DNA from: Trueperaceae bacterium
Lineage (GTDB): Bacteria > Deinococcota > Deinococci > Deinococcales > Trueperaceae
DNA: 64,000 bases
NCBI GenBank assembly: GCA_020354625.1
Contig: CP070651.1
Coordinates: 2,538,135-2,602,134 of the forward strand
Reading direction: 5' to 3'
This document shows positions 61,051 to 64,000 of this stretch, piece after piece (positions within the stretch are counted from its first letter, which is position 1; the number at the start of each line of letters is the position of its first letter). The position numbers and the translations under genes are program-made. The notes under the pieces were generated by a model. It ran no database searches. It was not told the origin of the DNA and saw only the letters and a list, made by a program, of their open reading frames with translations.

Positions 61051-62709
61051 ATGGCCAAAAACGAAGAACGCAAAATCAGCATCATCCCGATGGGTGGTAT
61101 GGGAGAGATCGGGAAGAATATGTTCGCCATCTGTTACGAGGACGAGATCTTACTCATAGATGGTGGGCTCGCCTTCCCAGACGCCGATATGCTCGGCGTC
61201 GACATCCTCGTTCCCAAGGTCGATTGGGTGGTCGAAAACAGCCATAAGATCCGCGGCTGGGTCCTTACCCACGGCCACGAAGACCACATCGGCGGGATCC
61301 CCTACATGCTCAAGCTCTTGCCCAAAATCCCTATGTACGGTGCGAAGCTCACCCTCGGTCTCCTCCGCGGCAAATTCGACGAGTTCAAGCTCTCGGAAAG
61401 TGACGTCGACTTGCACGAGGTCAGCACCGACGATCGCGTCAAAATCAGCCGGTTTTTTACCGTCGACTTCTTCCGCATGACCCACTCGATTCCCGATAAT
61501 AGCGGGCTCGTGATCCACACCCCGCTCGGACGCATCGTGCACAGCGGGGACTTCAAGCTCGATTACAATCCCGCGGATGGCAAAACCAGCCACCTACACA
61601 AACTGGCCCAAGCCGGCGAGGAAGGCGTATTGGCCTTGATCAGCGATTCCACCAACGCTGAAAGACCCGGCTATACCTCGAGCGAAAAGGATGTCATGGC
61701 CGCGGTCGAAGAGATCGTAGCGAAAACCCGAGGCCGTGTAATCGTTACCACCTTTAGTTCCCACGTACACCGGCTTCAAAATATGATCAGGGTCGCCGAG
61801 CGCCACGATCGTCGGGTGGTCATGGAGGGACGCTCCATGATCAAAAACATCCGCATCGCCGAAGAGCTCGGTTATCTCGAGGTCAAGCATCCGCTCATCA
61901 GTACCGACGACATGGCGGATTTGGCCGATGACAAAGTCCTCTTTCTCTGTACCGGCGCCCAAGGGCAACCGATGGCCGCGCTCTCGCGGCTCGCTTCGGG
62001 CACCCACCGCAAGATCACGCTCAAACCTGGTGATACGGTGATCATGTCTTCTACACCGATCCCCGGAAACTACGAGGCGGTCGGCAGGGTCATCAACCAG
62101 CTTTACGAACGAGATGTGAACGTCTACTATCCACCGGCGTATAAGGTTCATGCCAGCGGGCACGCCAGTCAGGAAGAGCTCAAGTTGATTTTGGACCTCA
62201 CCCGGCCGAAATTCTTCATCCCCTGGCACGGTGAGGTTCGCCACCAGGTCAACCACAAGAGCCTGGCCGCCAGCATGGCAAACCCACCCCAAAAGAGCCT
62301 GATCCCACAAAACGGCGACATCATCGAACTCACCCGAAACGACATCCGCATCGCCGGCCAGATCGGTGCCGGCGTGATCTATATCGACAGCGTCGGCAAA
62401 ACAAGCGGCGAAGTGACCGAACCTGTCATCCGCGACAGACAGATGCTCTCCAACGAGGGCGTGGTGGTGATCATGGCGGTCGCTAACCGCCAGCCGATCG
62501 TCGAAGTGATCACCCGAGGAGTGGCGACCGATAACAAACAACTGGCTAAAGAGATCGAACGCATCGCCTTCGACAACTTGAAACGCGGCATCCGCGAAAA
62601 GAAGGCTATTACCGATATCCGGGACGATATCTTCTACCCCGTGAGACGCTACCTTCGGCGTACGACAGGGCGGAACCCGCTTATCATGCCCACCGTGGTC
62701 GAGGGTTAA
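61051..62709 (+). CDS. rnj: Ribonuclease J (metallo-beta-lactamase/beta-CASP RNase)
   Basis: Motif HGHEDHIGG plus the beta-CASP and RNase J C-terminal domain. AGGAGG ribosome-binding site. Confidence 0.9.
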   Translation: MAKNEERKISIIPMGGMGEIGKNMFAICYEDEILLIDGGLAFPDADMLGVDILVPKVDWVVENSHKIRGWVLTHGHEDHIGGIPYMLKLLPKIPMYGAKLTLGLLRGKFDEFKLSESDVDLHEVSTDDRVKISRFFTVDFFRMTHSIPDNSGLVIHTPLGRIVHSGDFKLDYNPADGKTSHLHKLAQAGEEGVLALISDSTNAERPGYTSSEKDVMAAVEEIVAKTRGRVIVTTFSSHVHRLQNMIRVAERHDRRVVMEGRSMIKNIRIAEELGYLEVKHPLISTDDMADLADDKVLFLCTGAQGQPMAALSRLASGTHRKITLKPGDTVIMSSTPIPGNYEAVGRVINQLYERDVNVYYPPAYKVHASGHASQEELKLILDLTRPKFFIPWHGEVRHQVNHKSLAASMANPPQKSLIPQNGDIIELTRNDIRIAGQIGAGVIYIDSVGKTSGEVTEPVIRDRQMLSNEGVVVIMAVANRQPIVEVITRGVATDNKQLAKEIERIAFDNLKRGIREKKAITDIRDDIFYPVRRYLRRTTGRNPLIMPTVVEG

Positions 62710-63341
62710 CCGTCTGTTGAGTCTCGCTCTCCTTCGAGCCAGCCCTGGAGTTTTTTTAGAATTTCGACGGTGTCGTCACGAGCCTGCACGATAAGATCAT
62801 CGATCACGAGGAGCGCGTTGTTGGTCCGTTGCTGACAATCGTACCCCGCTACGGGTACGAAAGTACCGTCTCGGTAGAGAGAGATCGCCCGCTCGAGAGG
62901 CACCTCGTAGAGCACCGCGACCTCCCGGCAGTTCAGAAAGTAGTGCTCCAACGGTTGATCGCAGCGCAGAGCGTACACTTCCTGCACTTCTCTGTCGGTT
63001 GCATGGGGATAGGACCGCTCGGCCCTGCGCGTTGCCAGGTGGTGGATCTGGTGAAGCTGCACGGAGAGGCCGAGTTCCTCCTCGGCTTCGCGCAGTACTT
63101 CGATCAAGGTCTCCCCTGCCCGGAAGTGTCCCCCCACACTCACATCGAGTTTGCCGCCCTCCAGATCTTTCTCGAGCGCTCTACGCTGCAACAAGACGTA
63201 GCGGCCCTCCTTCACGATCCAGAGATGAAAGGCACGATGCCAGTCACCGTCTCGATGGACCTCAGCCCGGGCCTTCGTCTCCCCGGTCTCGTTGCCCTCA
63301 GAGTCGAGCACGTCGAAGCGTTCTTCCTGTTCACCGTCCAT
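62706..63341 (-). CDS. NUDIX hydrolase
   Basis: Nudix box (GGHFRAGETLIEVLREAEEELG). Convergent 4-nt overlap with rnj. Start is either ATG 63341 or 63377. Confidence 0.7.
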   Translation of the reverse strand: MDGEQEERFDVLDSEGNETGETKARAEVHRDGDWHRAFHLWIVKEGRYVLLQRRALEKDLEGGKLDVSVGGHFRAGETLIEVLREAEEELGLSVQLHQIHHLATRRAERSYPHATDREVQEVYALRCDQPLEHYFLNCREVAVLYEVPLERAISLYRDGTFVPVAGYDCQQRTNNALLVIDDLIVQARDDTVEILKKLQGWLEGERDSTDG

Positions 63342-63368
63342 ACCGTCATTGTAGCGTTGCCGGCGTGC

Positions 63369-63398
63369 TTGACGCACCCTCGAAACAGGCAGTACACT
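63369..63398 (+). promoter_or_regulatory. Sigma-A-like promoter for tRNA-Pro (-35 TTGACG, 18-nt spacer, -10 TACACT)
   Basis: Hexamers about 30 nt upstream of the tRNA. TACACT/TATACT recurs as the -10 in this window (mraZ, ligA, BMP gene). Confidence 0.4.
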
Positions 63399-63427
63399 CT
63401 ATGGGCGGGCCGACTTCGTCCGGCCAG

Positions 63428-63504
63428 CGGGGTGTAGCGCAGCCTGGTAGCGCACTTGACTGGGGGTCAAGTGGTCGCTGGTTCAAATCCAGTCACCCCG
63501 ACCA
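63428..63504 (+). tRNA. tRNA-Pro (anticodon GGG)
   Basis: 77-nt cloverleaf. Acceptor CGGGGTG/CACCCCG, anticodon loop CTGGGGG, T-loop GGTTCAAATCC, 3' ACCA. Confidence 0.85.
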
Positions 63505-63533
63505 GGTAGCCGCCAAACGCGGCGTTGGATGTA

Positions 63534-63568
63534 GGGTCCGTTAGCTCGAAAGCTAACGGACCCTTCCT
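63534..63568 (+). terminator. Hairpin after tRNA-Pro (GGGTCCGTTAGC-loop-GCTAACGGACCC) with a weak T-tract
   Basis: 12-bp perfect stem. The downstream tract TTCCTCAAGTTCT is only moderately U-rich. Confidence 0.5.
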
Positions 63569-63602
63569 CAAGTTCTACTGAGCTGTCACGTAGCTGTTTA
63601 TT

Positions 63603-63651
63603 TTGACAATTATAGTTGCTATTGACAATTTACGTTGCAACTATTAATCTG
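63603..63651 (+). promoter_or_regulatory. AT-rich promoter/operator: tandem TTGACAATT boxes, dyad ATAGTTGC-N16-GCAACTAT around the second -35, -10 TAATCT
   Basis: -35 TTGACA at 63622-63627, 17-nt spacer, -10 TAATCT at 63645-63650. An 8-bp inverted repeat at 63612-63619 and 63636-63643. GTG at 63658. Confidence 0.5.
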
Positions 63652-63657
63652 ATAGGG

Positions 63658-64000
63658 GTGACGATTCTCCGCTCCCTCACCGACTCCCAACGCTCGTGGA
63701 CGCTCGAGGAGTTTGCTGCGCTTACCAACCAAATCCTCCCCGACTACCTCCCGGGCGACCCCACCAACACCCGTATCAAGAGCGACGTCAATCCCCGTCT
63801 TATCCGCCACTACACCACTGAAGGCCTGATCGACGAACCTCTCAAGAACGGGCGCGAAGCGCGTTACGACTATCGACACCTACTCCAGCTCCTGGTGGTG
63901 CGCCGGCTCCTCAGCCAGGGCTACACCGCAAGCGCCATCGGCACCCTGGCCCGAAAACGCCATAGCAATGAGCTCGAAACGTTGCTCGAAGGCGGTATCA
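63658..64000 (+). CDS. MerR-like HTH transcriptional regulator (partial; runs off the window end)
   Basis: An open frame from the GTG to the window edge. The pattern ...PRLIRHYTTEGLIDEP...GREARYDYRHLLQLLVVRRLL resembles the MerR-family HTH and wing. Not in the track because there is no stop inside the window. Confidence 0.4.
   Translation, partial: MTILRSLTDSQRSWTLEEFAALTNQILPDYLPGDPTNTRIKSDVNPRLIRHYTTEGLIDEPLKNGREARYDYRHLLQLLVVRRLLSQGYTASAIGTLARKRHSNELETLLEGGI

Noticed and set aside
61594-62541. 315-aa minus-strand ORF inside rnj
   Set aside because: Antisense to RNase J. Asp/His-rich mirror composition.
63619-63879. 86-aa minus-strand ORF after tRNA-Pro
   Set aside because: Antisense to the better-supported plus-strand MerR-like frame that has a promoter and a GTG start.

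Overview
This is a GC-rich (~65%) bacterial chromosomal window. The gene content and protein N-termini (DnaE, AsnRS, LigA, DnaJ2-like) look Deinococcus-Thermus-like; I infer that from protein signatures I recognise and have not searched any database. Coding density is high and most genes are housekeeping. In order they are:
- thrS, a cyclophilin PPIase, a Gfo/Idh/MocA oxidoreductase, dnaE, and a tRNA-Cys/tRNA-Val pair.
- A DapA-family lyase, a di-haem cytochrome c peroxidase, an NAD(P)H-hydrate epimerase, yebC, a dnaJ-like gene with hspR, smc and birA.
- A tyrosine integrase followed by an AT-rich, gene-fragment-filled stretch.
- aspS, a Cof HAD hydrolase and asnS.
- A minus-strand block: GerMN, amidase, smpB, priA, an SPFH protein, a histidine kinase and a response regulator.
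- A NYN gene, ligA and a BMP lipoprotein.
- RNase P RNA (rnpB), then a complete dcw division/cell-wall cluster: mraZ, rsmH, ftsL, ftsI, murF, mraY, murD, ftsW, murG, murC, murB, ftsQ, ftsA, ftsZ.
- A NUDIX hydrolase, ribF, a SpoU methyltransferase, an S9 peptidase, yjbQ, rpsO, pnp, rnj, a second NUDIX hydrolase, and tRNA-Pro followed by an AT-rich promoter and a partial MerR-like gene.

Main observations beyond gene calling:
1. A ~37-40-bp AT-rich motif recurs at five or more intergenic loci. Its consensus is CACAAACAAAAGTA-TCGTGAAATAAAGCACA-TATAAG, with a CRP/FNR-like palindromic core and a -10-like 3' end.
2. An array of seven TGGG repeats with ~10-11-bp phasing sits over the mraZ promoter and looks like an MraZ operator.
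3. A degraded integrase-associated island carries an internally deleted Cof pseudogene and an amidohydrolase fragment.
4. Several genes have leaderless-type starts: dnaJ, smpB and ligA.
5. The PriA homologue has degenerate Walker A and B motifs.
6. A short upstream ORF with a strong ribosome-binding site overlaps the aspS start.
7. After tRNA-Pro there is an AT-rich double-TTGACA/dyad promoter and a partial MerR-like gene that may mark the edge of an acquired element.

Many six-frame ORFs in the supplied track are antisense or overlap-frame artefacts inside real genes or inside rnpB.
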